DNA of 64,000 bases, taken from positions 11,408,001 to 11,472,000 of the forward strand of contig CM060732.1 in the NCBI GenBank assembly GCA_030704615.1. The letters are read 5' to 3'. Both the position numbers and the translations under genes were made by a program. The notes beneath the pieces were generated by a model. It did no database searches. It was given only the letters and a program-made list of their open reading frames with translations, and was not told the origin of the DNA. Source of the DNA: Takakia lepidozioides. Its lineage: Eukaryota > Plantae > Bryophyta. Of the stretch, positions 39,899 to 53,700 are shown one piece after another; the stretch's first letter is position 1; each line of letters opens with the position of its first letter.

Positions 39899-40845
39899 AT
39901 GGAAGGGACCAAAATTATCAACAAGACTGGCCGTCCTATGGCGTTGATAGAATCCTCTGACGGCGTACTTCCTCCAGTTTTGGAAGAATCCTCAGATGGT
40001 TTAGACAAGGCAAAAGGGGAGGCAGCAACTTCATGCTTGACCACACTGAAAGATGGTGATACCTATGACATCTGCTACAACAAGGACTACAAGTATGGTC
40101 TATACGACAATTTACATCTTGTTCTTGAATTTGATGGTGATGACATAGCCGGGAATGAAAGTGTCACCATAAAAGGTTACTCAAAATCATATGACCCGCG
40201 GCCTTCCCGCAAAAGTCGGTAAGCTGGTCTATTCACCACTATTGCTGGCACTCGCACTTCGAGGTTGTTTTACTGATTGATTGGTTCTTGTGCCGATATT
40301 TGAAGACATCTAAGTGACTTTCTTTATGAGCTAACATGTTTATATGGATGGGCTTCAGTTACAGCCTCGGTCGAGTATTCGCGAGTGTGGAGTCAACAGA
40401 CATTATCAACAAGACTGGCCATCCCTTTACTGTGAAACGAGGCCTCTCTGGCGTGATAGAGAAAACGGTAGGTTCTGGCGAGCAATATACTATCACCAGA
40501 AACAAACATGACACCTTCATGAAGTATTTTTTATATTCGAATGCAGATCCTATCGTACAAGTTACTGGTGATGAGATGTCGGATTATGAAAAAATCACCA
40601 TCAATGCGTACTCGAAAGTGAAAGTGCCTCGGAGGAACTCTAAACAGTGAGTTACTCTATTCTCCAATTCTTCTGGCACCTATGGAGATAGGTGTGCGAG
40701 TAGAGCTGATATTATGACGCATGGAATTCACTTTTATGCCATGTGGATGGATTGTGATTGTAGGTTGGATAATGCCTCAGGGAGCTCTTCAGATCATCCA
40801 AGAAATCTTCCAACTGCTAAGACCCGAATTGCCGGTGGGCCGTGA
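39899..40845 (+). CDS. Small spliced protein with two tandem ~100-aa domains (resembles the bryophyte/fern DUF7748-like family), about 229 aa
   Basis: Two paralogous ORFs (TKIINKTG...Y.I...K...Y...GD........TI..YSK). Exons 39899-40218, 40359(or 40365)-40646 and 40764-40845 join in frame via phase-2 introns with GTAAGC and GTGAGT donors and a ctaac branch point. The family name is from recall only. Confidence 0.7.
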
Positions 40846-41920
40846 ATGTGGGAGTAGAGGCAAGCTCACTTACTGAGCAAGCGCTTGGAGAATGGGGCCT
40901 GAGGTGTGGGGTTCGCTGCAGGTGACCCGACCAGGGCTGCTGTAGTGGTCTAGCCCTTCTTGGAACTGGGTGTGTGGTAATTTATGTATCTCATATACAA
41001 TTAGACATTCATAAGTAAAATTTATGCAGCGGAAAAGCTGTGTTCTATACACTGTTTCGAGTTGACGATGCCCGAGGACGGAACCTCCCAAGCAAATAAC
41101 GCCGCAAAGACTAGTACAGTGAGCAGATTATGTTGTTACTACGCTCGTTGGGTGGTTCTCACTTTCGCAATTTCCAGTGAGTAGCTTCACGGCGCTTGCA
41201 AGGTTAATTCTTCCTCGCTCAGCACTAGATAATAAATCGATTGACGATTCGTAGAACACATGGAGCATCCGGCACTTCATTACTGCCATTGCACAGTGTC
41301 CTCTCGGAAATCTTTCGGTCCCGGTCTTTATGTGTAAAGAAGATTCGGGAAAGAGCCTTGTATAATCGGCAAAGTAATGCATGTGGCCCACGAGGATAGC
41401 GTTGCATGCCGCGGCAGACCGGGTGAGGCCCACCCTCACAACCAGAGCGGCCGATACAAACTTCCAGACATGACTGCTGCGTGGGATCCACAGGCTACGT
41501 ATTGGGCAGTGGGGAGGCCGCTCCCTTAGCTAAATTAGCAACAAAGGGGTTGCGGCCCGTCGGGACAAGAAAAATGTAATTAGGAGAGAGCAACAGAACG
41601 GCAAGAGACAGGAGCAGTCCGGGGCCCCGTGGGATATGATCATTGATGTGCCCCCTCGCTTATATGTGTTGCCGCGCCGCACTTATCAGGTCAGTTGCTT
41701 CAACTGCTCTGTGTGGGTACATCTTCACTCGATGATGATCTGCAAGACTTACTGTTTTAAACTCACCACTTTTGAGACATTGTGTGCGGAGAATTGAGGC
41801 AGTTTGTGTAAAATTCTGTAAACAGAAAGCTACTAACAGCTGTTTGTCTGTCAGGAGACAGACAAACAGCTTACACAAGACGGCTTGTTGATGGGCGGTT
41901 GGTTCAATACACATGGAAAG

Positions 41921-44900
41921 TGAGATACGGGAACACGCCGAAGCCGCACTACGACTTCGTCCCGAGGCTACACGATTATAGTACGTGAACGGAAGCACGT
42001 AGCTTCCGCGTTAGCCCGCACTACAAGGCAACCCCCTCGGTAGCGCGGTTATAGTACGCGCACGCGCCAGGTGCGCACTAGCACGTGAACTCCCAAAGAA
42101 GGCGCAAGTTTCATTGCCCCTTGGATGGGGGTCACCCAATTTCGGCACTACGCAAACACACGATTAACCCAATTTACCTCTCCCACTTTTATAAGCTAGC
42201 ATGCATTCTACACACTAGCCAACCATACCATGCATCACCATTCCAAAAATAGGACGCACAACATTTGGAACCCATTTCCTTTATAACAAATTTTTGTACG
42301 ATACAAGTTTTTGTAATCGGATTCCTAAGCTAGCTAAGCCGGGCTAAGCATGCATTTCCTTCCCCACGCTCCAAGGTTGATGTCCCCATCAACGCTTCTT
42401 CCGCTTTTGAGGTCGCCCTTCGAAAGCTGCAACCGTCTCGGATGCGTTTCCCATTTCTGAGGCACGCACCCAAGATGCCTCCACATGATGATAGCCCTTC
42501 CATTTGACGAGATACTCCGTTTCTCGGTTCCTGAACCTCCTCGACTTAAGTATTTCCTCCACCTCGTACTCAGGTTCATTTTCATGATCCAACAGCATAG
42601 GTGGCGGACGCAACACTTGATGCCGATTCGGACGCGCTTCATCTTTGAAGTAAGGCTTCAAAAGGGAGACATGGAATACTGGGTGCACCTTGCTGTTTGC
42701 CGGCAGCTCCAATTCATACACATCCTCATTCATAACCTTCCGAATGCGAAAGGGTCCCGCATACGGAGGTACGAACTTCGGACTCACTTCCGGAGGTAGT
42801 CGGAAATTCTTGATGTTCAACCAGACCTCTGTGCCTGCCTCGAACTTCACTTCCCTTCGCTTCCGATTCGCCTGCCTTTCATACCGTTTCCTAGCTTTGG
42901 CAATATTGTACTTTGCGAGCTTCAACAAACGCTCGCGTTCTTCCAGTATCGCCGCTATTGCCGGTTCCTCAACGTCCTGGGCGGCCCAACTTGTCGGCAC
43001 CAGAGGTGCTTTTCCATAGACCAATACGAAAGGGGAAACTCCCGTTGCGGAGTGTTCTGTGTTATTATAACAGAACTCTGCCGCGTCTAAGTGTTCCATC
43101 CAGTCTGATTGGTCTGCCGACACGTAATTCCGCAAGAATTGCTTCACTACGGAATTCACTCTTTCCGTTTGGCCGTCCGTCGTAGGTCGGAAGGCGGTGC
43201 TCATCTTCAGCCTTGTCCCCATCTTCTTCCAAAGTGCTCTCCAGAATTTACTCGTAAACTTTGGATCGCGGTCCGAGACAATATCCTTCGGGACTCCATG
43301 ATGCTTTAAGACGTGGGCGAAGTAAAGTCGCCCTGTCTCCTGCGCCGTTGCCATCTCCTTGGTGGGGATGAAATGGCCCATTTTACTGAACCTATCTACC
43401 ACCACCATGATTGCATCGAATCCTTTTGACAGCGGCATAGCAGTCATGAAATCCATCGAGACGCTTTCCCAAGTCCCCTCTGGAATCGGCAAGGGTTGTA
43501 ACAGCCCCGCTTGCTTTTTGTACTCGCTCCGGTTTTGTTGGCATGTGGTGCATGTCTTGACATACTCCTCTGCCTCCTCCCTCAGTTTGGGCCAGAAATA
43601 CTCTTTCTTCAAGAGTGCCGCAGTGCGCTTGGCTCCGCCGTGGCCCGCAAGCGGGCTATCATGGCATTCTCTCAAGAGGCTATCTCTGATCCCTCCCTTC
43701 GGCACGTAAAGACGTTTTTGCTTATACCGGAGCAGTCCATTTTGCAAGTGGAACTGCGATTTAACCCCCATCCTCAAGTCCTGCATCACGAACTTCGCCA
43801 GCTCATCCTTCCGGCAAGCCTTCCGGATCTTCCTTTGGAGCGTCGTCTCGCCCTTGTACACCAACAAGAGCTGTTGCTTTCTACTTAAAGCATCGGCCAC
43901 CACATTGTCTCGTCCCGGTTTGTACTGGATATCCACGTCGAACACCGCCAAAGTATCTTGCCACCTAAGTTGTTTTGGGGACAACTTGGGCTGTGTGGCA
44001 AAATACTTCACCGTGACATTGTCCGTGAACACCTTCACTGGGTTGGAACCAACATAGTGGCGCCAGAGCTCAAGACAGTGCACCACCGCCTTCATCTCTT
44101 TCTCGTGCGTCAGCCACCGTCGCTCCACTTCGTTCAGTTTCTTACTTTCGTAAGCCACTGCACGTCCATCTTGCATCAGCACACCACCAATCGCGAAGTC
44201 CGACGCATCTGTATGTATCTCAAACGGACGATCGAACTCCGGGATTTTCAAGACTGGAGCTTCCGTCATCCGCTGCTTCAATTCAGCAAAAGCTTGGCCA
44301 CAAAAAATGTTCCATGCCCAGACCTTAGATTTACACAGAAGGTCTGACAGCGGCCCCGCAATCTTGGCAAAATTTCTCACATACTTCCGGTAATAGGAGG
44401 CGAGTCCTAGGAAGGATCGCACTCCCGGGACCGAAGTCGGAGGCTCCCAGTCCAAGATCACCCTCACCTTTCTGTCATCCATTTTGATCCCATCCTGTGT
44501 AATCACATGCCCCAAGAACTCCACTTTCGTGACCCCGAATTCGCACTTTGAAGCTTTGGCGTACAGCTTCCCTTCCCGCAACTTTTGGAACACCCTTTTG
44601 AGGTACTCCAGGTGCTCCTCCTTTGTTTTCAAGTACACCAAGATGTCGTCGATGTACACGATCACAAAGTCATCCAACCACTCCTGGAAAAGGCTGTTCA
44701 TCAGCGTGCTAAAGGTCGCAGGTGCATTGGTGAGCCCAAAAGGCATCACCAAGAACTCATATGAACCATACCTTGTCCTGCACGCGGTCTTCTCCTCATC
44801 TCCTTCTGCCACCCGAATCTGGTGATAGCCGGAGCGCAAGTCGATCTGGCTGAAATACTTTGCTCCTGCCAACCGATCGAAGAGGTCGTCGATTCTTGGC

Positions 44901-47730
44901 AAAGGGTACCGGTTTTTGATAGTTACCTTATTCAAAGCCCTGTAATCGACACACATCCGCAGCGTCCCATCCTTTTTATCTGCAAATAGCACCGGGGCTA
45001 CGTAAGGTGACTTACTCGGCTGGATGTACCCCTTTGACATTAGATCTTTGAGCTGAGTCTTCAACTCGACCAACTCTCTGTGACTCAACCGGTAGGGCGC
45101 CTTGGCAGGCGGTTCCGATCCCGGTATCACCTCAATCTTGTGGTCAACTCCTCATCGCGGTGGCAAGCCGCTTGGTAAATCCTCCGGCATCACATCCTGG
45201 TATTTCTCCAAGATCCCCTTGATCCAATCTGGGCTCGGCTCCCCATCGCCTTCTCCCTTCACTTCTCTAATGTAAAGCAAAAACTGGGGCTCGTGTGCCT
45301 CCTCCACGGCCCACTCCTTTGCTGACAAAAGGTTTATTCGCCCTCCCACGGATTTGGGCGTTTCCGACACTCGTAAAACCTCGCCACCATTCCCACATGG
45401 CAGCGTGACCACTCTCTTGCGGCCATCTATGACCGCTCCGGATTTGCTCAAAAAGGTCATCCCCAAAATGAGATCCACTCCATCGATCTCGCAAATGGTG
45501 AAGTTCTCACATCCCTCCCAACTTCCCAGTTGAAGAGGAACATCAAACGCCAACCTTGTCGCCAACTGTGGTTCTCCTTTGGCAGAACGCACCTCAATAG
45601 AGGCCCCCACGTCACTTGTCGGGAGTCCCAGCTTTTGTGTCGTTGCCGGTGTCATGAAGGAGTGCGACACTCCTGTGTCCACCAACAACGACACATTAGT
45701 TCCGGATATTATCCCATCCACGAACAATAACTGACTCCCTTTTCGTAAGGCGCCAGTTTCCTGATACAACTCACAAGAAAATTTGCCTACCTTGCAAGTC
45801 CTGGCGACCACCGCTTCCACCAAGCGACTGATGGTATCTTCCGACAGCTCCGTGGTCGCCCGAGTCATGTTCAATTGCCGGGGCTTCGTGCACTTCTTGG
45901 CCATGTGCCCGGGCTCCCCGCAATCGAAACACACTCCATCAAAGGTCGCCTTCTGTCCGCCATAAGCCGCTCCACCCGCTTTTCCTTTCGAAGCACCGGG
46001 TGCCGCCTTGACATGTGAAGGCCCTCCCTTCGATTTCCACGTGTCATTGTTGCCGCGTGGCCTATCCCACTTCTTTTCCGGTCGGAAGGAGTCACCTTCC
46101 CGCCGGGTCTTCTTGTGGTTCAGCTCCGTACGGCCTTGTCTCTCACCCCTAGGGACATCCGAGAAACATTCAGCCCTCTCAATTGCCTCGTTCAAAGTCT
46201 TGGGTGGCTTCTCCTCCAACTTCCGCCTGGCCCATGGGGCCAGTCCCGCCACAAAGTTGAAGACCATTTCTGGTTCTGCCATGTCCGCGACTTCGAGCAA
46301 CAACACATTGAAAGCCTGTACATACCCCCGAATGTCATCTGTTTGCTTCAAATTCCTCATCTTGTCCCGGGCAAGCCAAGACGCGTTGAGGGGCACAAAC
46401 TGTCTCTTCATCAATTCCTTGAACCCACTCCAGTTCAAGGTTTCTGGGCTTGGACCTCGGTCGTGAAGACGTTTCTGCCACCATTGTTGAGCATAGCCCC
46501 TCAAATAGGTGGCAGCCACTTCCACCCGATCCTCGTCACTCAACTTGGCCGCCCGGAAGTACTGCTCTAGCTCCAGGAGCCAGGTGTTGAGTGCCTTCCG
46601 ATTTCGGACGCCCTCGAAGGTGCCGGGTTCTTTAGGCTTCACCTTAAACTTTGCCTTAGTGGAAGTGGCATTAGCCGCCTTCAACACGTCTTTCAACGTC
46701 CCGCCAAACTGCGCCAACAACCCTTTCCTTAAAGGCAGCCGGCACGGGAGGCATCTCTTGGTTTGTCGGAGCTCTCAAGGATTCCTTAGGCTCCGACTCC
46801 TCGGATTCCTCCCGCTCTTGAGCGGCCTCGTTTTCAGAAACATGCATCGCTTCCTCAAACGGCCGCCTCGGTGACACGTCGCTCCCATCGGGCTCACCGG
46901 GATCATCATCTTTTGGGCCGTTCCGCTTTCGCTTCGGCTTGCCCGACCCCATAGTGAGGCCAATCCCAAGGACGATCGCGTACTGAACTCTAAGCTCTGA
47001 TACCAAGTGTCGTGCACCTCCCTTCGGTAAGCTCCTCTTCAAGTCATAGTTACTCGCTTTGATGCGCGCGCCTGACTCCCAACCTGGCCGCCGGGCCAAC
47101 TTGGAGCTTCGGCTGCTCACCGGGACATAACGGTCCCCCCCTTTGCTTCCCACTAAACCCTCCACCTAATTGGGACTAGTGGAATTCCCTTTGGTAGATG
47201 GCAGTCCGGAACAGCTCCCCACTCTTTGGTCGCTTTCCGGCTCGCTCGCTTACTCACTAGTTTTTGGTCACCAACGGGCTTGCACCGTTCTCGGGGTTAC
47301 TACTCCCTATATATACTTCTGTAGCTGTCCGCGGGGGTTTCACAACCAGCCATGCCATTTTATGGCGAACCACCACGAAAACCCTCGACTCCCGGTGATG
47401 AGTCGCGATGAGTCTTGGCCCGCTCATCACGGCCCCTATGGACCGTGATGAGTCCCAAGACTCCCCACGACTCCCACCACGAGGTCTCCGCCCCCATGGT
47501 GAGTCCTATGCCACCCCCACTAAGTCCCGCTAAGCTACCACCACCCCTTGTGGAGCCACCCCCATCGCAACCCGGTGTGCGGGGCTCCACCTAGTGAGCG
47601 CCTCCGCCTCCTTGAGTGCCTTGGGCACTCAAGGGTGCTTCAGCCCCCAATAACTATCGTTGCCGATGCCCCCATCACAGGGGCAGCCCCTCATGTGTCC
47701 CGACCCCCTGCCCTCAAGGCAAAGGGCCGC
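41921..47730 (-). mobile_element. Ty3/gypsy chromovirus, copy 1 (gag-PR-RT-RH-INT-chromodomain), nearly intact
   Basis: Gag starts at 46952 with a frameshift near 46722. Zinc knuckle CFDCGEPGHMAKKC, protease LVDTG, RT YIDD, RNase H TDASD, integrase H-x6-H...C-x2-C and DGQTER, GPF module, chromodomain YEVEEIL...YLVKWKGY. In-frame TGA at 45152-45154. PPT about 42355-42368; 3' LTR part 42354-41921; 5' LTR part from 47008. Confidence 0.95.
46994..47005 (-). promoter_or_regulatory. Primer-binding site (initiator tRNA-Met)
   Basis: Minus strand reads TGGTATCAGAGC, 2 bp after the LTR end ...CACGACA. Confidence 0.9.
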
Positions 47731-47732
47731 GA

Positions 47733-50700
47733 CAGCTCCGCTAGACCAATAGATGTCTCCCATGCCAGCAGCCTTTTGGGAAGGGTTGTTGGCGCAATTT
47801 GGCGGGATGTTGAAAGATGTGTTGAAGACAGCTAATGCCACTTCCACTAAGGCAAAGTTTAAGGTGAAGCTTAAGGAACCCGACACCTTCGAGGGCATCC
47901 GAAATTGGAAGACACTCAACACCTGGCTCTTGGAGCTAAAGCAATACTTCCGAGCGGCCAGGTTGAGTGAAGAGGATCGGGTGGAAGTGGCTCCCACCTA
48001 TTTGAGGGGCTATGCCCAACAATGGTGGCAAAAACGCCTTCATGACCAAGGTCCAAACCCGGAAACCTTGAGCTGGAGTGGGTTCAAGGAACTTATGAAG
48101 AGACAGTTTGTGCCCCTCAACACGTCCTGGCTCGCCCGAGACAAGATGATGAACAAACGGATGACATTCAGGGATATGTTCAGGCTTTCAATGTGTTATT
48201 GATCGAAATCGCGGACATGACAGAACCAAAAATGGTCTTCAAATTTATGGCGGGACTGGTGGCCTCATGGGCCAAGCGGAAATTGGAGGAGAAGCCACCT
48301 AAAACTTTGAACGAGGCAATTGAAAGGGCTGAATATTTCTCGGATGTCCTTAGGGGCGAAAGACAAGGCCGTACGGAGCTGAACCACAAGAAGAATCGGC
48401 GGGAGTGTGACTCCTTCCGACTGGAAAAGAAGTGGGATAGGCCACGTGGCGACAATGGCACATGGAAATTGAAGGAAGGGCCTTCGCACGTTAAGGCGGC
48501 ACCAGGTGCTCCAAAAGGAAAAGCAGGTGCAACGACCTATGGTGGACAGAAGGCAACCTTTGATGGAGTGTGTTTTAATTGCGGGGAGCTCGGGCACATG
48601 GCTAAGAAGTGCACGAAGCCCCGTCAATTGAACATGACTCGGGCAACCACGGAGCTATCCTAAGATACCATCAGCCGCTTGGTGGAAGCGGTGGTTGCCA
48701 ATCCTCTTAGGTTTACATCCGTTAGGGTAACGTCCAGGATGGGTCTTGGGAAAGTGTCTCGATGGATTTCATGACTGCTATGCTGTTGTCAAAAGGATTC
48801 AGTAAAATGGGCCATTTCATTCCCACCAAGGAGACGGCAACGGCACAGGAGACGGGACGACTTTACTTCGCCCACGTCTTCAAGCATCATGGACTCCCGA
48901 AGGATATTGTCTCGGACCGCGATCCAAAGTTCACAAGTAAATTTTGCAGGGCACTCTGGAGGAAAATGGGGACGAGGCTCAAGATGAGCACCGCTTTCCG
49001 ACCTACGACGGACGGCCAAACGGAAAGGATGAATTTCGTGGTGAAACAGATCTTGTGGAATTACGTATCGGCAGACCAATCGGACTGGGTGGAGCACTTG
49101 GACGCGGCAGAGTTCTGTTATAATAACACAAAACACTCCGTGTCAAGTTAAATAAACACAGTATGAAACTAACTAGAATAAATCTAGTTATTTGTATTTG
49201 ACACTTGGATTTAGTTCAAGTGTTAAGTCAGGTGTCAAGTTTAGTTTGACACCTGAACCGTCTTATCTTCACGAGAGCGTCAGTCATGCGGCTCATCTCT
49301 CTTGAGTTGAGCCTACACGACCGAGCTCCCTCACTGCTTAGAATCTGAGTGTGCTTATGAAGGGAGGATATGATGTTGTGGGGTGGAGTCCCCATAGCTT
49401 GGGGTGCCCTTGGCTCGACTCTTAGTTTTAACGAGTGATTGTGTTGTATTGAGTGTTTCTGTGTCAACAGTGTGAATCTAGTTATTTATCTGGAGACGTA
49501 GTCAGGTGACCAATACATCCTCCACTCCTCAATCTCCGCTTCATGTCATCGCCTGAACTCGTGGTAATCATCCATAGGCGGGCCTTCCAAATGCTGGAAC
49601 AATCCCTTCCACGCCATGAATGGGGTGAACAGCTGTGGATTGTGCATCTGCTGCAAATCACACCAGCTGTCGAACTCCTGGATAAAGTCATCCAGCTTGA
49701 TTGTGCCCACAGCTCCAGAGTACCTACGAGGCTCCTTAGTAGCTCCATACATCTCCTCCATGTCGTCCCACAACAATGGCAAGGAAACAACTTGCACCGC
49801 CGGTGTAAGTCCTCTTGATTCACAATCCGAATCAAAACCTTCCGTAGAAGACACAAGAGGTGAAGGTGGCCTAAACCACACACATCGTCTCGTGTACCCA
49901 CTAGTATCGCTAGTGCTCAAACCGGCACTCTCCCCAGCAACTAGTGGCACCTCCGTGTTGACAAACTGTCACTCAACCGGTCATGAATATGTCTCTAACC
50001 CCCTCTCCACAAGGTTACCGGGTAGAGAACCTGTTGCGGCTTATGGTTTGGAATACAAGGTTCCTAACATAGCCTACACTTGCACCTGCATCCACCGCAA
50101 GCACTCATATGGTTGGCTGGTCATCACCTCCAACCTCACCACAGGAGAAACAATGATGGTCTGACTAGTCATCACCCCAGCCTCACCATTGACAACATGC
50201 TCTAGGACTGGCCGGTGATCAAATCCGGACCAATCACCTATAAAAACAAGCGCCCACACAAAACTAACATGGTGCACAGTCAAGCATGCAGGTATGGAGG
50301 GGATCCAAACACAAGAAATCAGAACGACAACTCCCCCACACAAAAAACAATTCCACAGTGTTGCTCCTGCAAGGATACCCTAGCCCAAACCCGGACTGAC
50401 TCTTGCCTCCACCTACGGAAAGGTCTTGGCCTAGTGAGATGGTGGAAAACTACGAGGAAGAGAAGCTAAAGCAATGCCTAACCCCAACATGCCCTCATTC
50501 CAACACTCTTTCTCTCCTCTCTTCCCTCACTTGCATGACCATGGGAATATCATGAAGATATTCCTCGAACCGCCTTCCACAAGCCACATGCCAGTACTCA
50601 AGCAGTCCACCAGTGCCTCCACGAGTCAGCAAAGGCCGTCCATAGGTCAACACGGGCCACCACAGACCAGCACAGGCCCAAACAGATCACTGGTCACAGC

Positions 50701-53700
50701 CGTCATAACCCCACATAGGCCACAGTCCCACAGCCCGTCACAGCCTGTCACAGCCCCACAAGCCATAGGTCACAGCCCATCACAGCCCATCACAGCCTAT
50801 CACAGCCCCACAAGCCATAGGCCACAGCCCGTCACAACCCCATCCATGGCCACTTACGGCAGTTTAGCCATTTCTCCAAAGGGGTTTAGCCACGCCAAGC
50901 TAGGGTTTGTGTCTCTTGGACTCTAAGCTTCTTTGCACCGAGCTATGGTGGCTGTGAGGAAATCAGCAAGGTATTCTTGCTCTTTCGGCTCCCACACACC
51001 ACCAATAGTAGCCCTAAGCCATGAGGTGGTTGCCACAACCCAAGCCTTCTTTCTCACTAAGACTCCCCAAACACGCCACTAAACTCAAATGGCAAACAAC
51101 CAAGCCTTGCTGGTTTCCAGCCCTTGTGAGCACTCATTCAAGCGCTCTCCTTGGCCATAACATCTGTCTTAGAGCTTATTCCAGCCCCCTACACCTGCCA
51201 CTTCAAGAGCCATGCTCTATCTAGGCTCGAGGTTGAAACCCCAACTCACATATGCCCTACAAGGGAGCCGAGCCCAGATTGGATCAAGGGGATCTTGGAG
51301 AAATACCAAGATGTAATGCCGGAGGATTTACTAAGCGGCTTGTCACCATAAAGAGGAGTTGACCACAAAATTGAGGTGATACCAGGATCGGAGCTGCCTG
51401 CCAAGGCGCCCTACCGGTTGAGCCACAGAGAGTTGGTCGAGTTGAAGACTCAGCTCAAGGATCTAATGTCAAAGGGGTACATCCGGCCGAGTAAGTCACC
51501 TTATGGAGCCCTGGTGCTATTCGCAGACAAGAAGGATGAGACGCTGCGGATGTGTGTCGATTACAAGGCTTTGACTATAAAAAACCGGTACCCTTTGCTA
51601 AGGATCGACGACCTTTTCGATCATTTGGCTGGAGCGAAGTATTTCAGCCGGATCGATTTACGCTCCGACTACCATCAAATTCGAGTGGCGGAAGGAGATG
51701 AGGAGAAGACCGCGTGCAAGACAAAGTATGGTTCATATGAGTTATTGGTGATGCCTTTTAGGCTCACCAACACTCCCGCAACCTTTAACACGCTAATGAA
51801 CAGCCTTTTCCAGGAGTGGTTGGATGACTTTGTGATCGTGTACATCGACGACATCTTGGTGTACTCGAAAACAAATGAAGAGCACCTGGAGCACTTCAAA
51901 AGGGTGTTCCAGAAATTGTGGGAAGGGAAGTTGTATGCCAAAGCTTCAAAGTGTGAATTTAGGCTTACAAAAGTGGAGTTCCTGGGGCATGTGATTACAC
52001 AGGGATGGGATCAAAATGGATGACAGAAAAGTGAGGGCGATCTTGGACAGGGAGCCTCCGACTTCAGTCCCGGGAGTGCGATCCTTCCTAGGACTCGCCT
52101 CATATTACCGAAAGTATGTGAGAAATTTCGCCGAGATCGCGGGGCCGCTGTCAAACCTTCTGTGTAAATCCAAGGTATGGGTATGGAAAACCTTTTGTGG
52201 CCAAGCTTTTGCCGAGTTGAAGCAGCGGATGGCGGAAGCTCCAGTCTTGAAAATCCCGGAGTTCGACCGTCCGTTTGAGATTCATACAGATGCATCAGAC
52301 TTCGCGATTGGAGGTGTACTCATGCAAGATGAACGTCAAGTGGCTTATGAAAGTAAGAAACTGAATGAAGTGGAGCAACGATGGCCAACGCACGAGAAAG
52401 AGATGAAGGCGGTGGTGCATTGCCTTGAGCTTTGGCGTCACTATGTTGGTTTCAACCCGGTGAAAGTATTCACGGACAATGTCACAGTGAAGTATTTTGC
52501 CACGCAGCCTAAGTTGTCCCCAAAATATCTTAGGTGGCAAGACACTTTAGCGGTGTTGGACGTGGATATCTAGTAAAAACCGGGATGGGACAATGTGGTG
52601 GCCGATGCCTTAAGTAGAAAGCAGCAGCTCATGCTGATATACAGGGGCGAGACAACACTCCAAAGGAAGATCCGGAAGGCTTACCGAAAGGATGAGATGG
52701 CGAAGTCTGTGATGTGGGACTTAAGGATGGGGTGAAATCGCAGTTCCACATGCAAAATGGACTGCTCTGGTACAAGCAAAAGCGTCTCTATGTGCCGAAG
52801 GAAGGGATCAGAGATAGTCTCTTAAGATAATGCCATGATGGCCCGCTTGCGGGCCACGGTGGAACCAAGTGCACCGCGGCACTCCTGAAGAAAGAGTATT
52901 TTTGGTCCAAACTGAGGGAGGAAGCCGTGGAGTATGTCAAGACATGCACCACATGCCAATAAAATCGGAGCGAATACAAAAAGCAAGCGGGGCTGTTACA
53001 ACCCTTGCCGATTCCAGAGGGGTCTTAGGAAAGTGTCTCAATGGATTTCATGACTGCTATGCCGCTGTCAAAAGGATTCAGTAAAATGGGTCATTTTATT
53101 TCCACCAAAGAGACGGCAATGGCACAGGAGACGAGACAACTTTACTTCGCCCACGTCTTCAAACATCATGGACTCCCGAAGGATATTGTCTCGGACCGCG
53201 ATCCAAAGTTCACAAGTAAATTTTGGAAGGCACTCTGGAAGAAAATGGGGACGAGGCTCAAGATGAGCGTCGCCTTCCGCCCTACGACGGACGGCCAAAC
53301 GGAAAGGGTGAATTTCGTGGTGAAGCAGATCTTGCCGAATTACGTGTCGGCAAATCAATCGGACTGGGTGGAGCACTTTGACGCGGCAGAGTTCTGTTAT
53401 AATAACACAAAACACTCCGCAACGGGAGTTTCTTCTTTCGTATTGGTCTATGGAAAAGCACCTTTGGTGCCGACAAGTTGGACCGCCCAATACATTGAAG
53501 AACCGGCAGCAGCAGCGGTGTTGGAAGAACGCGAACATTTGTTGAAGCTCACAAAGTACAATATTGTCCAAGCTAGGAAACGGTATGAACGGCAGGCGAA
53601 TCGGAAGCAGAGGGAAGTTAAGTTTGAGGCAGGCACGGAGGTCTGGTTGAACATCAAGAATTTCCGACTACCTCCGGAAGTGAGTCCGAAGTTCGTACCT

